A stretch of 64,000 nt of DNA from Yuukianura sp. NJ FZ-2021 (GCA_046563655.1 CM102286.1:6882001-6946000), one strand, 5' to 3'. Positions 31,927-49,089 are shown, counted from the stretch's first letter. Notes: generated by a model from the sequence alone, not told the origin. Translations and numbers: made by a program.

Positions 31927-32365
31927 GAAGGGAGTACCCGTATTCGTTACCAAAAGAAGAGTGAACTATAGAATCAAACGTAGATACTCATTTCTTCACC
32001 GCAACTCATCAAAGTAATTCATCACAACTTAACACAACTATAATTAATAACCTTACCTTAATAACTTAGCATCAACTTAGATTTCTCTCCCATTGCTATT
32101 TGGCGTGAATTTGTTTTCATAAACTACAAATCACTCTTTCGAAGGAAGAAACTTTATGCGGGTTGACCTGTCATTGTAGTTGTAGTACAATCTCATATCT
32201 ACCTAAATTAGATACCATTCAAATAAAATCTTCAAAATTTTAAACAGGGTTCTCGGAGTTTTTCCTATTATAATTCAATTTACAGTAATAATAATTATTA
32301 TTAGGTTAATAGTTATATACTTCTTTGCCGCGTTTCAGGTGGACATCAAAAGTAGTACTAACAAG

Positions 32366-32798
32366 GAGTAGGCACGACCTGGTTAGTTTCGATTTTGATG
32401 AAATTTGGCATGTGGCCTTAGAATGACCCCAAATGACCTTCGAAATTTTCTTTCCATGCGATGGTATCATTGGACGGAAATCTTCAAAAACTTCAAAGTT
32501 TCGAAATCCTTACGATGGATATAACCTGCTTTTTTTTGCAAGTTTTACCGGTGCCATCCTCTGGCGATTTTTGATCGATTATACCGCTCATAATTAATTG
32601 TAATTTCTTAAAATTTGGTTCCCGAAAAATCGCGAAAAAGGGGATTCAGGGTTCATAAAGGATTTCAAAATTTTGAACTTTTTCAACATTTGGCAGAATG
32701 ACACCATTGCATCGAACGAAAATTTCGTAGGTCATTTGGGGTATTTCGAGGTCAAATGCCTCATCAAAATCTAAAATATAACAAGGTCGGGCCTACTC
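32366..32798. mobile_element. MITE-like element with long (>100 bp) imperfect TIRs
   Basis: GAGTAGGCACGACCTGGTTA...GATTTTGATGA...CCCCAAATGACC on the left is mirrored by GGTCATTTGGGG...TCATCAAAATC...AACAAGGTCGGGCCTACTC on the right. Confidence 0.75.
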
Positions 32799-32937
32799 TT
32801 TGTAAAAACCCTCGGCATCTTGATCTCTCTCGGGACGGTGACCATCAGAGGACGGCGGATTTATTTTTCCAGTTTTTACGCTTTCACGTTTATTATTTTA
32901 AAACGGATCAAATTTTTCAAATACTAACTACGACTAC

Positions 32938-34423
32938 TATGGGGCTTTAACAACGACACTATTCAAAATATTTTTATTTTTAAAAACTTCGTAAATTACG
33001 AGGTTGAAAATTTCCAACCCCGTAAATTACGAGGTGGAAAAGTTTCAACCTCGAAAATTGCGAAGTTGAAAATTTTCAACCTTGTAAATTACGGAGTGGG
33101 AAATTTCCAACCTTGTAAGTTGCGGAGTTGGAAAAGTTCCGGAGTCGAAAAGCGATGGCCCTTTTACGGAGTTGAAAAAGTTTACGAGGTTGGAAAATGC
33201 ACTTTACTTGCCTCCTAATTCCGTGGGGGGAGAGAGCTCAGAAGAAGGCAAGCCACCGTCCAGTGTTGCCACTACATGTTATGACACAGGGAATAATGGA
33301 CAAAAGGCTCAGTTTTGTCAAATCTGCTTGCACCGATACTACACTGTGAAAACGTTTGGTTGCATTGAACTGGAATTCCATCCGATGTAGCCACAAAGTC
33401 CAATTCCACCGTGGCCGTGCTTTTGCTACTACAGTTTGTGGTTTTTGTGTAGATTACACAATAACCAACAAAAAATTCCGTTGAAGTAAGCTTGGGCGAT
33501 CAGACTGTACCCACCCGTTCAAATTTTTGCGCGCTGCCATTGTAGCCACCCGTCGCATGGGTATCTTTGTACCCACCATAACCCAAAGTAATACGTCCAC
33601 CAAGCGGTAAACTCTAAATTCAAACTGGCAACCTTGTAAATCAATTTTCATTTTTCCGCGCCCAAGGCGCGGTGTGAGATTATCTAAATTGATTATTGCT
33701 TTCAATAACAATTTCATCGCCAAATGTTGCCAACTTGAATTTAGAGGTTAATTTATCGCCGCTAGGTGGACGTATTGCTTACGATGTTGGTGGGTACAAA
33801 TGTTCTCATCCGAAGAGGGGAAGCGACGGTAGCGCACAAAATTTTGAACGGGTATGTACAGTCTGGTCACCCAAGCTTACTTCAACTGAATTTCTTGTTG
33901 GTTACCGCGTAGTTTACACAGCTAAACACACTGTAGCCATGAAAGCATGGCAGCGGTTTCACTTTGTGGTTACATCCTATGGAATTCCAGTTCACTGCAA
34001 CCATACGTTTTCACAGTGTAGTATCAGTGCAATCAGATTTGACAAAACTCAGCCCTTTGCCCAGTATTCCCTGTATCATAACACGTAGTGGCAACACTGC
34101 ACAGTGGCTTGCCTTCTTGTGAGCTCTTTCCCCCCACGGAATTAGGAGGCAAAAAAAGTGCATTTTCCAACCCCGTAAACTTTTTCGACTCCGTAAAAGG
34201 GCCATCACTTTCCCACTCCGCAACTTTTTCAACTCCGCAATTTACAAAGTTGGAAATTTTGAACTTCGTAATTTACGGGGTGGGAAATTTTCAACTTCGT
34301 AATTTACGGGGTTGGAAATTTTCGACCTCGTAATTTACGAGGTTGGAAATTTTTGACCTCGTAATTTGCGAAGTTTATAAAAAATAAAAATATTTTATAC
34401 AGTGTCGTTGATAAAGCCCCATA
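32938..34423. mobile_element. Foldback-type palindromic element (~700-bp arms, ~28-bp internal tandem units)
   Basis: TATGGGGCTTTAACAACGACACT ... AGTGTCGTTGATAAAGCCCCATA. The arms stay complementary inward to about 33630/33725. Tandem CGTAAATTACGAGGTTGAAAATTTCCAACC units. TAACTACGACT is repeated on both flanks. Confidence 0.88.
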
Positions 34424-34934
34424 ACTACGACTGTGCGTCTCACACAATTCGACATGCGATGTACGACTGGAAATCTCCGCTGAATCCTGACTCCGCTTTT
34501 TAGGCACACCCTTTGTAATCAGCTGGATATGAATTTTTTTTGGTATCAAAATCCACGTCATGACTCATCGCTAATTTCGTCGTCTTTTTTTTAATAGCTG
34601 CTTAATTATTTACCATACTAAAACGCTCCTGTATACTTAAACGCATAGCTCCCAAATTTTAAATCTTCAAAATTCATAATCGTGTCGTTGCGTTCTGAAA
34701 ACGAAAACGTTTCATCCTCATCGTCGTCCGCCCGAGGCTTCGTAGACGGAAGACATCCAGACAGGAAACAAGGAAGGCAATTGTCACTCACTGTAGTAGT
34801 AACACTGGATACTACTATCGTCAGCAAGTGGTTAATTGGAAAAGTATCGTCAGCTCTCGGTGATTCATAAACCAAAATCACGGGCAAGAATATCATAATT
34901 GGAGTAGGACCAGAATATTTGTTTACTTAGAAGA

Positions 34935-35741
34935 ATGGCAGAATGTTCTGGCAGTACTGGCAATGCCAGCGACGTTTTAACTACACTTAAGATTTTAATA
35001 ATTGGCAACTCTGGTGTTGGAAAATCCAGGTAAATTATATAACCTGAAGTATAGTATCCACGAGATGCAATGATTGACTTATACTGATTTTAATTCGGAC
35101 AAAACTTTTTAGCCTTCTCCTCAGATTTGTTCATGACACATTCGATGAAGACCAAGCTTGTACAATTGGAGTGGACTTCAAAGTCAAGACAATCTCTGTA
35201 GATGGAAATCTAGTGAAACTCGCCATTTGGGATACTGCTGGAAGTGAGAGGTTTCGAACTCTGTCACCAGCTTACTATCGCGGCGGACAAGGCGTCATTT
35301 TGGTTTATGACGTAAGCAACAGACCTTCCTTCGAACGTCTCACTCCATGGTTACAAGAACTTAGCACTCACTGTACGAAAACGAACATTGTCAAAATGCT
35401 GGTTGGCAACAAAATAGATAAGGTACGGCTCCTAATTCCTGAATCTGAAGACAGAATTTTGCTAATTATTTGGGAAATATTTAAACTGATGTCCGATGTT
35501 TACTGTGTAGGAACGGGTTGTAACAAGAGAGGAAGGCTTGCAGTTTGCTCGACGCCATGGCATGCTATTTATCGAAGCAAGTGCAAAGTCAAGTATCGGA
35601 GTCCGCTGTGCTTTTGAAGAACTTGTCCAAAAAATCATTCAAACTCCTGGGCTTTGGGAATCGGACAGGCAATTATCGGGATTCGCACTCCGAGATTCTA
35701 ATGCTACCGAGGATGAACAATCATCGTATTGCTCTTGTTGA
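34935..35741 (+). CDS. Rab18: Ras-related protein Rab18, 3 exons
   Basis: Exons 34935-35029, 35113-35422 and 35511-35741. [60 protein letters not shown] and a C-terminal CSC prenylation motif. Confidence 0.95.
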
Positions 35742-36288
35742 TGCATTTTCTACACAAGCCTGGTCACTCACTACTCGTTACTTTACTAACGTAACGTTAA
35801 CGTAAGCCAACAACATTCGATTCAAATCCCAATTACATATTCCACTCACCTCACCTCGAACCTCGCATTTACCCCAGTAATAACATTAACCTAGTTTTTA
35901 AGAGCCAAAATAAAGGCAACGCTGAATCCCTTGCAGCTCCAAAGTGTCATAATTATAGTTTCAGTCATCGACGGTTCCAACTTCCAACCCAAATAACATT
36001 ACTAAGCTGTCGTGAATAAGAATAATATTTTTGAAATTAACATCGTAATATCGTAAATAAATTTCACATTTTATTTGATTGCTGCTTATTGTAAAGATAA
36101 TAATCCTTTCTAATATTTATAATTTAAAACTAATTGGTTACTCTAAACTCATTCTCCAAACTAGGTTTTGTAATCTAAGCTGATAGTAGTCTGAACACTG
36201 CTCTTCCAATTTGGTAAATTAAATCCGGATTTTGTATTTTATGTGCATATTGGTTACATTCGTTTTAACGTATCGTTTGGATTGGAAA

Positions 36289-40158
<3,870 letters not shown>

Positions 40159-41374
40159 CTATTACACTCGATTTTCTGTACCAAAAAAGCAGGAATCGCT
40201 GGAATAGAGAGGACTCGGAACCAGCAACACCGATCTCTCTCAAGTCCCGTTTCCGTGAATTGAATAACCTTCCGTTCCAACAAACTGTAACGTTACAAAT
40301 ACAAAGAAATGTTGTGTCAAATTGACGTGACGTGTCAATTATGAGTATCTTGTGCACTTACCGACAGAGTATGGTAGACCGCTACTTATGTTTTAGTATT
40401 ACATCAAGGTGAAATTGGAAAGCAGTAAAGTTATACTTGAAGTCGTAGTGAATTGATTCGATTGGAAATACAATGAATGAATGAGGTGAAGGTTTTTTCT
40501 TTTTTTGACACGATTGAATATTTGACACGTAAACCGAAATTCAAATTTGCCGCCGCCGATGTGTTGGAGGTTTACTACATAATTTGGAATAGGACGATAA
40601 CTAAAGACGCAATGTAATGTGTTGTGTACGAACTAAAAATCAACGTCGAACAACGGGAAAGCAAAGCAAATTATGAACAAATTCTTATTATTTGATTATT
40701 TACTAGATATTAAATTCTAAATAATAACATTATTATTATGTGTTACTGCAAAATTTAATCAATAAAATTTAAAAGCCAAGAGTGGGAAATCTTGTTTCAA
40801 GCCAAAGCCGACACACACCTGTGCATTGCTTGGATCGCCGAGCCAAGCGATCCGAGCCAACAGAAGCTGCAGCGATCCGCGATCCGATCCGAGCCAGCAA
40901 ATTGTTGTCGCGATCCGAACCGAGCCGAGCCAAAAAGCAAAGTCAGCGATCCACGATCCGATCCGAGCCAGAAAATTTTTGTCGCGATCCGAACCGAGCC
41001 GAGCCAATAAGAAAAGTCAGCGATCCACGATCCGAACCGAGCCAGCAAAAGTTGTTAGCGAGCCGAACCGAGCCGAACCAGCCAAAAAACAGCTGCTTGG
41101 ATCGCTGGTTCGCTAAAATCCGCTGTTGGTTCGGCGATCCAATGGAGAAAAAGCATGAGGGGAGACCAATTGCTTTAAAATTCAAGTTTACAACCAATAA
41201 AATAAAACAAAATAACAGAAGTCGTGAGTTGTATATTAAAATAGGCAATGAATTACATATAGAAATATTTGTTACTAATAATGTACACTACTAATTATAA
41301 TAAATATACAAAAATTAGGCTAATAGTCCATTGCTTGCATTACACGTATCTAATGTAAACTAGTGTACTAATCC

Positions 41375-41773
41375 CAGTGTTGCTGGACGCTTAAACATCC
41401 AGTGGCTTAATTGTCACTTCCACGGGATACCCACTGGAAGAAATTCACCCGAAATGGATGAAACTTTTAATGGATGGAAGAAATGAAGAATTTAACGCAA
41501 AATTCAAAAAAATTCAAATTACAAAATAATATCACAGAAGTTTCTTTCGTCGTTAAAATTAATTATTTAATTAAAACTGATAGAAAAAAGATATTTCCTT
41601 CGTTTTTATACGGTATTTTGAATTGTTTAAGCTTTTCGTATTTTGAATTGTTTAAGCTTTTAAATCCCGCGGGTGACGTTCTGCCCCGTTGGGTTCATCT
41701 ATTTCGTCCATTTCTTCCACTGTATATCCAGCCATGGACGAAATATCGAAAAAGTGGATATCCAGCAACACTG
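41375..41773. mobile_element. hAT-type MITE nested in the 40814-43106 element
   Basis: TIR CAGTGTTGCTGGA / TCCAGCAACACTG. Flanks ACTAATCC and AATAATCC give a 7/8 TSD match. Confidence 0.85.
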
Positions 41774-42008
41774 AATAATCCATCGAATTTCTAATTATAT
41801 GCGATATACTAGTTTGATCAAAGACGTCTTATTATCAAAGTACATAATTAACAATGCAATCGTGATATTTAAAAATTAGTTGCCTTAAATTGAAGTGGAA
41901 ATTAATAAATTTCATTATTAATTAATTTTTACCCTGTTTTTGGACACAGTGTTTCAGGTGACGCTGACAGTAGATTTGATTATTGCAGTATTCGATTATA
42001 TTAAAGTA

Positions 42009-42456
42009 CAGGGTGTGGCACGTAAAACTAGGCGCTAGAAAAATAATTTCTTTGTTTATTTGGGGAATTATGGGGGAAAACTATGGCAAATAAACTCTTC
42101 AGGGAATATTTTAGCCTAACCGTGATTTTTTCCAAAACTATTCTGTGGAAACTCAGAAGGTGTCATGATGTTTTTAATAAACAATATCTTGGAATTTTTT
42201 AGACTTCTATAAATAAGGAAATTGCACTTTAGTGAGTTTGTTGGCCTAATCCTGACTTTTTCCAAAAGTCCTTCTTTGGAAAATTAGAACGTGTGATGGA
42301 GTTTTCAAAAATCAATATTTTAGAACTTTTTAAATTTCCATAAATGAGGAAGATACAGTTTAGGGAGCATTATTTCCCCCCACATGATAAACAGTTCTGG
42401 GTCAAGTTGGCCTTAGCAATGAATTTCAGCCGTTTACTTCTACACGCCACACCCTG
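42009..42456. mobile_element. Tc1/mariner-type MITE nested in the 40814-43106 element
   Basis: TA|CAGGGTGTGGC ... GCCACACCCTG|TG. Contains an internal ~130-bp direct repeat (GCCTAACCGTGATTTTTTCCAAAA / GCCTAATCCTGACTTTTTCCAAAA). Confidence 0.75.
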
Positions 42457-42474
42457 TGATGCTAACAACAACGT

Positions 42475-42705
42475 TATTTAAATTAAACTGTTCAATTATT
42501 ATACTATAATAATAATAATTATTATTATTATGATTATTATTATTATAATTATACTATAATTACTAATTAATCTTAATAACATGAATATTATAATAATATT
42601 TGTTATTTAATAATTAATATAATCATTAATAATAATTATTAATATTAATTTTATTTATTATAATTATTATTGTTATTAATTATTAACAATATTAATATAA
42701 TAATG
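42475..42705. repeat. AT-rich low-complexity tract, (ATT/TAA)n-like
   Basis: Nearly pure A/T with ATT/AAT triplet runs. Confidence 0.85.
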
Positions 42706-43777
42706 TGAATTGGTATGATACAGTTATTCATAATTTGATGCTAAGTGTAACCTATCTCCCCTCACACTTCTGATTTTCCTGTTGGATCGCTAAAACAGCG
42801 ATCCAAAATGTGGAAATTGCTGGCTCGGCGAGCCAGGCGAGCCGATCCAACAAAATTTGTCGCGATCCGCGATCCGATCCGAGCCACAAAATTAAGTAAG
42901 CGATCCGAGCCGAGCCGAACCAACAAACTTTTGGCTCGATCCGCGATCCGAACCGAGCCACAAATTTAAGCCCGCGATCCGAGCCGAGCCGAACCAGTCA
43001 AACGCAGCGATCCGATCCGAACCTGGCTCGCTGGCTCGGATCGGTTCGGCTCGGCTCGCTGTTGCGATCCAGCCTGGATCGCTATTTTGGCTCGTGCACA
43101 GGTGTGAGCCGACAACATTATTGACAGTTTTAAGATTGACACAATTTAAGATAACTCAGAAAACTACAGCGCAGGAGGGTACATATGAAAATGAGTTTTC
43201 AGTGGACAAAATTGAAAAAACAAATTATATTTTTTGATGGAGGGTCAAGGGTCAACCTTCCCCTTCACTTCCTTCAGTCCCCTTCCATTTTCCTCAAGCG
43301 CGGATGAATGGGTGAGGGGTTTGTTGAAAAGAACATGGATCCGAGGGGCGAAGTAAAAGTGCCGACCTCCGGTAGTCTGTCAAATTTCTCACCCTCTCCC
43401 ACTAATCAGCTGTTCATTTGCAAATTAACTGGATCATATTCTCCAGCAGAACGAATAATATTTCGCATCTCCAGAATGAGTGGGTGTTTATTTATAATTT
43501 AACAACGTGAACTTGGAGCCCGGATGATCGTCATTTGTGCCCCTCCTCCAATTTAACCTCTGCGTTTAAATTACTCTAAGGAAACGCTGCTGAGTGCTGA
43601 ACAATTTCGTTAAGATAAAAGCGAGATGTACCACTCCGAGTTCAAGTACTAATACCTACAAACAGCTACAAGTATTCTACTAATCTCCATTCACGAATCG
43701 CTTCTTCCGCTTCCTTGTCATTTCGCTTGAGCCTATTGGGTTTCGTATTCGTTTAGGTGTTATCGAAGGCGACTAAC

Positions 43778-45752
43778 ATGGAAAAGGAAGAGAGTAATTG
43801 TAATTCCGCATCGCTAGGGAACAATGGTGACTTATCCGTAAAATATCAGAAGTTGGCCACTGAGTATGCAAAGGTAACATAATTTTATGGAAATGATCAA
43901 ACTTTAGCGTAGAACTTTACGAGAGTGTGCTATACTAAAACGTTTTATTGTTTCAGATCCGGTCGCAACTGAATGTACTGAAGAAGGCTGTTTTGGACGA
44001 GCAAAATAAAACCGGCGTGTTAAAGGTACCGAACGCTGCTCGGAGGAATTGCTAAAAAAATTTTTGATTTTGCCAAAATTGGTCACATGAATTCAATGAA
44101 ATTTTCAGTTGCTCACTTCTGGTAACGAGTGAGTTATGAATCAAAAATTGTTGTGAAGAAAATTGACCTGGTTTCTTCTGTGTTATAGGATGAACTGAAT
44201 GAAAGGGACAAGACAATACGGAAATATGAACAAGAAATTGATAGCTACTCGTTTCGAAATCAACAATTAGAAAAGCGAGTAGGAATTCTTCAAGGAGATT
44301 TGTCCGAGAAATCAAAGAAGGGGAACAAGAAAGCGGATTCTAAGAAACCGGGAGCCGGTACACAAGATTCTCACGGTAGCAGCAGTGTTCCACTCAATGA
44401 GTTGCTCTCAAAAATTGATGAAAATGTACAGCTCACCCGACAGGTAAAAACCAAAACTACGGAATACCAATTTGTTTCATACCTTTAGTTCAGAATGTTA
44501 CCATTCCTTACATGTTTTAGATTACGCAACAAGAGGAAACATTCAAAAGACAATTGCTGGATCTAACAAATACTAGTGAAGAGAAGCTGACAATATCGAC
44601 TAACCATTTCCGAAGTGTTATTCTTGAACTCGAAAAGCAGAATGCCAGTTTAAACCGATCATTGGAGAGTTCAAACGCAGAAGTAAATGCCTTGCGGAGT
44701 CAGATTTGTGAATTTGAAGCCAGAACTAAAAGTTTGATTGGAGGAGTAACAACTCTGAGAAGTCCGGAAACTCCAGATACAGAAGAGTTTCCCCGAGATC
44801 TCTCAACTGCAGTTTCCTGCGATCTGATAAATAAACTGGTCAAATCACAGCAACAGACAGAGCATTGGAAGTTGGAGTTTGAGCTGAACAAAATCAAGCA
44901 TAACAAAACTTTGTCCGTAAGTTATCGTTTCAAGTAACTAAACTATGAATTTAACCTCGTATCAACAAAGTCCTCTCTTTAAAATATTATATTAACTGTT
45001 GTATACAGAGGTACGAGGATTGCAAAAAGCATTTGAAGAACTTGGGCCGGGAGGATTTAATCGCTAACAACAATGACGTTACATCTCCAGATGCCGCAGT
45101 TCATACGATGGTAAACACGACCTAATATATTCTTGAATTTGGGAATGAATCGTTGCCTTTTTCGCACAACTGACTTTTAATTTTAATATAAATAGTTCGG
45201 CAAAATGACCGTTACTACAATTGCGCATGAAGATTCCGATTGGACCGATAACCAGGAGAAGGAATTGATCAGTTACTTTTCTAAACGAGTGAACGAACTG
45301 ATACATTTGTTACAGCTTTGTGATAGCAAAGCTTTAACGTTTCATGATGAAGTAAGAGTAATTCGTTTGCTTTTCACCTTGTTCTAACTCTTCATAATTC
45401 AATTGTTATTTTCTTTTGCTTCTTGCAGTGTAAGGCTCTGCAAGCCCATCTTGTGCTGGCGGTGGAGGAGAAAGCTCGGATCCAAAAGACGTTTGATGAC
45501 TTACAAACAAAACACGTCGCCCTCGCCGAAGAATTGTTACTGATTACTAGCACCTATGAAGCTCAACTGCAAACTTTGACAGAGCACATTGCTAACATGA
45601 ATGACAAATTGGCATCACAAACTGATACAATTGACCATTTGGAATCTCAACTGAAGGTTCGTTTACAATATTTGATCCGACCAATTCATATTAAGGCATT
45701 TGTTGTGTAAAACTTAACTTTGTTTTAATTTCAGCACGGAAGGAAGAAGTGA
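43778..45752 (+). CDS. PPP1R21: Protein phosphatase 1 regulatory subunit 21 (FERRY subunit Fy-2)-like, 8 exons, ~439 aa
   Basis: N-terminal KYQKLATEYAKIRSQLNVLKKAVLDEQ...EQEIDSYSFRNQQLEKRV (KLRAQ-type domain). C-terminal DSKALTFHDECKAL...TSTYEAQLQTLTEHIANMNDKL (TTKRSYEDQ-type domain). Confidence 0.85.
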
Positions 45753-47501
45753 ACGCCTAACTCGCTTTTGGAATGCAATCAGAACATCCGAAGCTAATAA
45801 TTTTAAATTATTGTGATCACGCGGCAATTTCCTGTCTATAATTTTAAGTTAAGCTTAATTAATAAATGACTGAAAAGCTTTAAGTTAATTATTCTACAAC
45901 AATTTTTTTTCTCTCGGAAATGCATGTCAAATCCTCTAAGAATCCAAAACACATGGGAGGGGACACAGCTACAGTACAGTGTGAGGTGCACGGCATACTG
46001 CGTGCAGATTTGGCAGATGCGACCTGTGGCGTCTCATTTCACCCTAGGTGCTCATGTCTTCTGCACTATTTCTATCCGGGATTCATACAGAACAAGGAGA
46101 CTCCTCAGCTTCAGATCTGTTCTTCGTACAGTTCCACTTTCAGCAGAAAGTGGTTGCATTCGGAATGCAGAAGAAGAGTCTTCTCGTTGTGTATGACTCC
46201 CGTGTACGAAGGATGCAAAAGAATGGAGCGTATTCTGGTTTTAGGTGGAGAAGCCCGGACTTGGTTGCTGGGAGTCCAATGACAATGTTCTTGGGCCGGG
46301 TTAAGGCACCCTCTCGCTTCAAAGGAACCAAGGATAGTGGGAATGGTGGCGTCAGAAGGCGGCAGCCTCCACTGTGGGCCGATACGCTCCCACCACTTCC
46401 ATTCCACTTCAATCCACCCTCCACGGTACTTATGTCGACCTCCATCCACTTTACACACACAATCCAGCCTCCGTCCAAACTCCGGCCTTACTAAAAGATC
46501 CAAATAAAGCTTTCGCTGTCCACAAGAACCGGGTATATCTGTATAATATTCTTATTCCAAATTGGAATTTTCAATGTCCACATCATCCTCCGGTTAGTTG
46601 ATTTTATTCCGCCCATTTAAAATAGCTGCTTCCACAATTTAGTTACGATTTTAAAACGTTTTTGAAACTGGAGCAAATTTTAAAAATGTAAAAAGTCAAA
46701 AATGAAAGCATGTATGCAGAATGCCCTAAGCTAACAAGCATCTATCAAAAAGACGCCTCCTTTCACTTTGACAGACAGCTTTTACTTTCGATTTTTTTTC
46801 CAAATTCATGATCACATTTTACACAAAATCACACATAGTATTTTTTGGATCAAATAATTGAAAAGTATTTGCAGTACATAATTCTGAATTCGCCAAGCTA
46901 TACTATACAGAGGCTGGTCGTTGTACTGATTTCCAAAGAAACTAAAGTTGCAAATGTTGCCGACAAGGTAACTACTTCCCGATGCTGGTCTTATGTAATT
47001 CTAATTACTATGGAAATCTGCAACTCGACTGTCTGTCTAGATGTAGGTGTGTCACGTAAGGTTGGTGTAAGGAATGTGAAGTTGAAGGTCACTGGAGTTC
47101 ATTGGAGTCAATCTGTTCGGTTATCCGAGAAACCAAGATGCATGGAGGCAAATGGAGGGTGGAAAATAAGGTTTGTTCCAAGTGACTTGTTTGTTGTTCG
47201 TCAGCACTGCAGGCCATATTTTCCATAATTCGAAACATATTTTGAAATACAAGGTCAATTTTTTGTCTGGAATCAGTTGAGTCATGTTTCATGGTTGGGG
47301 AGTTTTTAGTCCATGATTAACCAGGAATCCAGAGAAGGGGAGTTATACAATTCGAACCCCCAAGCTATCCTTACTCCTCAGTTGAAAGTATAGAAAAATC
47401 GCAGAGGAAGCGTCACTTCAATTTCAGCTTCCATCGAGTATACATTTCCACTGGAAAAAGTTCTACACCGGCTTCTTCAGCGTCAATTTCTTTGAAAAAA
47501 G

Positions 47502-48458
47502 ATGTCACAGTACAAGCTCTCATACTTCAACGTAAGAACACCGCCATTTGTATTTAACGCACCTGAATGAGTAAAGTACATGAGCTAAGGATTTTTTACG
47601 TTTTGTTTTAGGCCCGGGCGCTCGCAGAGCCAATTCGTCTTGTATTTGCGTTCAAACGGATAGAATTTGAGGACGTTCGGATCGAGCGTGAAGATTGGCC
47701 AAAGCTTAAACCTGAACCACGTAAATAGAATAAAATCGCAAGAGCGAAAGCCCCCGCGGCAAACAAACGGTTTGAACTAACTACGCGCCTTTTTTTTGAA
47801 AAACAGAATTTCCATGGGGTAATGTTCCTGTGCTTCAAGATGGCGACCTGTTGGTTGCTCAATCGGGGACGATTCTGCGCTATCTGGGAAGAAAGTTCCA
47901 GCTGAACGGTGCCAATGAAGCTGAAAATGTGAAATGCGATGAGATTGTAAGCAGTAGTTTCTAAGTTGGCAGCAATTGTTACACTTCTGGTGTAATTTTC
48001 AAATTTTAATGGATTTCAGGTTGAGGTAGTGGCTGATATCCGGCAGGCCTTCTTCAAAGCCCACTTTGAACCGGAAGAAGCCAGGAAGGAACCATTGGTC
48101 AAGACTCTGAAGGAAGAGACGCTCCCAAAATACTTGAAGAAGTTTGAAGAGATACTGGCTGCAAATGGCGGTTTCATTGTAAGTTTCCCTTCAGTTCAGT
48201 TGCATGTTATTATGTTTGTTAACCCTTGTTGCAGTTTCCTGCATTTAAATTCAGATGCTAATTGATTTTGGTTAATTGTAGGTGGGAAGTCAAGTAACCT
48301 ATGCTGATCTCACGCTTGCTTCGTACATTCAAATCTTCAATGATATTTTTCCTGGAACGTTGGACGATTACCCCAATGTCAAGGCTCATCAAGACAAGAT
48401 TTTTGGATTGGATGGAGTTAAGGAATGGGTTGCAAAACGTCCAGTCACTTCAGTGTAA
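47502..48458 (+). CDS. Glutathione S-transferase, sigma class
   Basis: [62 protein letters not shown] and the terminal [12 protein letters not shown]. Confidence 0.92.
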
Positions 48459-49089
48459 ACTCAGAAGGTATAGCTGTAGTTTAGGCAAGATGTAGTTGAA
48501 TCAAGGGGTCAAGGACTTTTCAACTTGCGAATTCAAAAATTACTCAAAAATTCATTAGGCTGTTTAGCTTATATCCAAATTAATTCAAACCAATAAATAT
48601 TTTGCCGATTGCAGTAAATCCTTGGACAAATCAACTCATGAAATTTTACAACTTACATAATTTGCAAATTGTAAAATGTTGTGAATTGACTTACTAATTT
48701 AATTTACATTCGCATTCTTACGGTTCATTATGAGAAACTGCAGTAACCAAATGAAATGGATGTAAGTTTAGAAGTTAAATCTGCATGCTTATTCCACACA
48801 TCACTCGAATTTCAAGTCGCAGCTAACGATAGTCCCATCCCAACCACATCATTCTTTTTAACATACGTTCTGCTTAGATAACATTAACTATGTAGAATGA
48901 ACAGTTGTTATTTTCCGCAACATTTATTACAAGTACAGAAAAGCCCAATTGATACCGATTCCATCGTACTTCCGTACGTTTCCTAACCATCGTACTATAA
49001 ATGGGAACTGTATCATTTGTAAATGAAGATTTGAAAATTGGAGAGAAGAGGAATAGCAGAAGTTGTAAAGAATAGAAGGAAATGTAATT

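Larger units (their letters stand above)
40814..43106. mobile_element. Non-autonomous hAT-type element (2.3 kb) hosting two nested MITEs
   Basis: TIR CACACCTGTGCA / TGCACAGGTGTG. Exact 8-bp TSD AGCCGACA at 40806-40813 and 43107-43114. GCGATCCGAGCC subterminal arrays at both ends. Confidence 0.92.

Noticed and set aside
32985..33195. ~28-bp periodic repeats resembling a CRISPR array
   Set aside because: The units are directly tandem with no unique spacers, are mirrored in the opposite arm of a foldback element, and sit in a eukaryotic context with no cas genes.
40759..41294. Several overlapping ORFs (RSEPSR/GSDR repeats)
   Set aside because: These are artefacts of GC-rich hAT subterminal repeats. 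The same applies to 20273-21671 and 42752-42961.
46150..46245. Minus-strand RIRSILLHPSYTGVIHNEKTLLL resembling a trypsin-like protease segment
   Set aside because: No TAAHC, DIAL or GDSGGP motifs nearby; probably chance.
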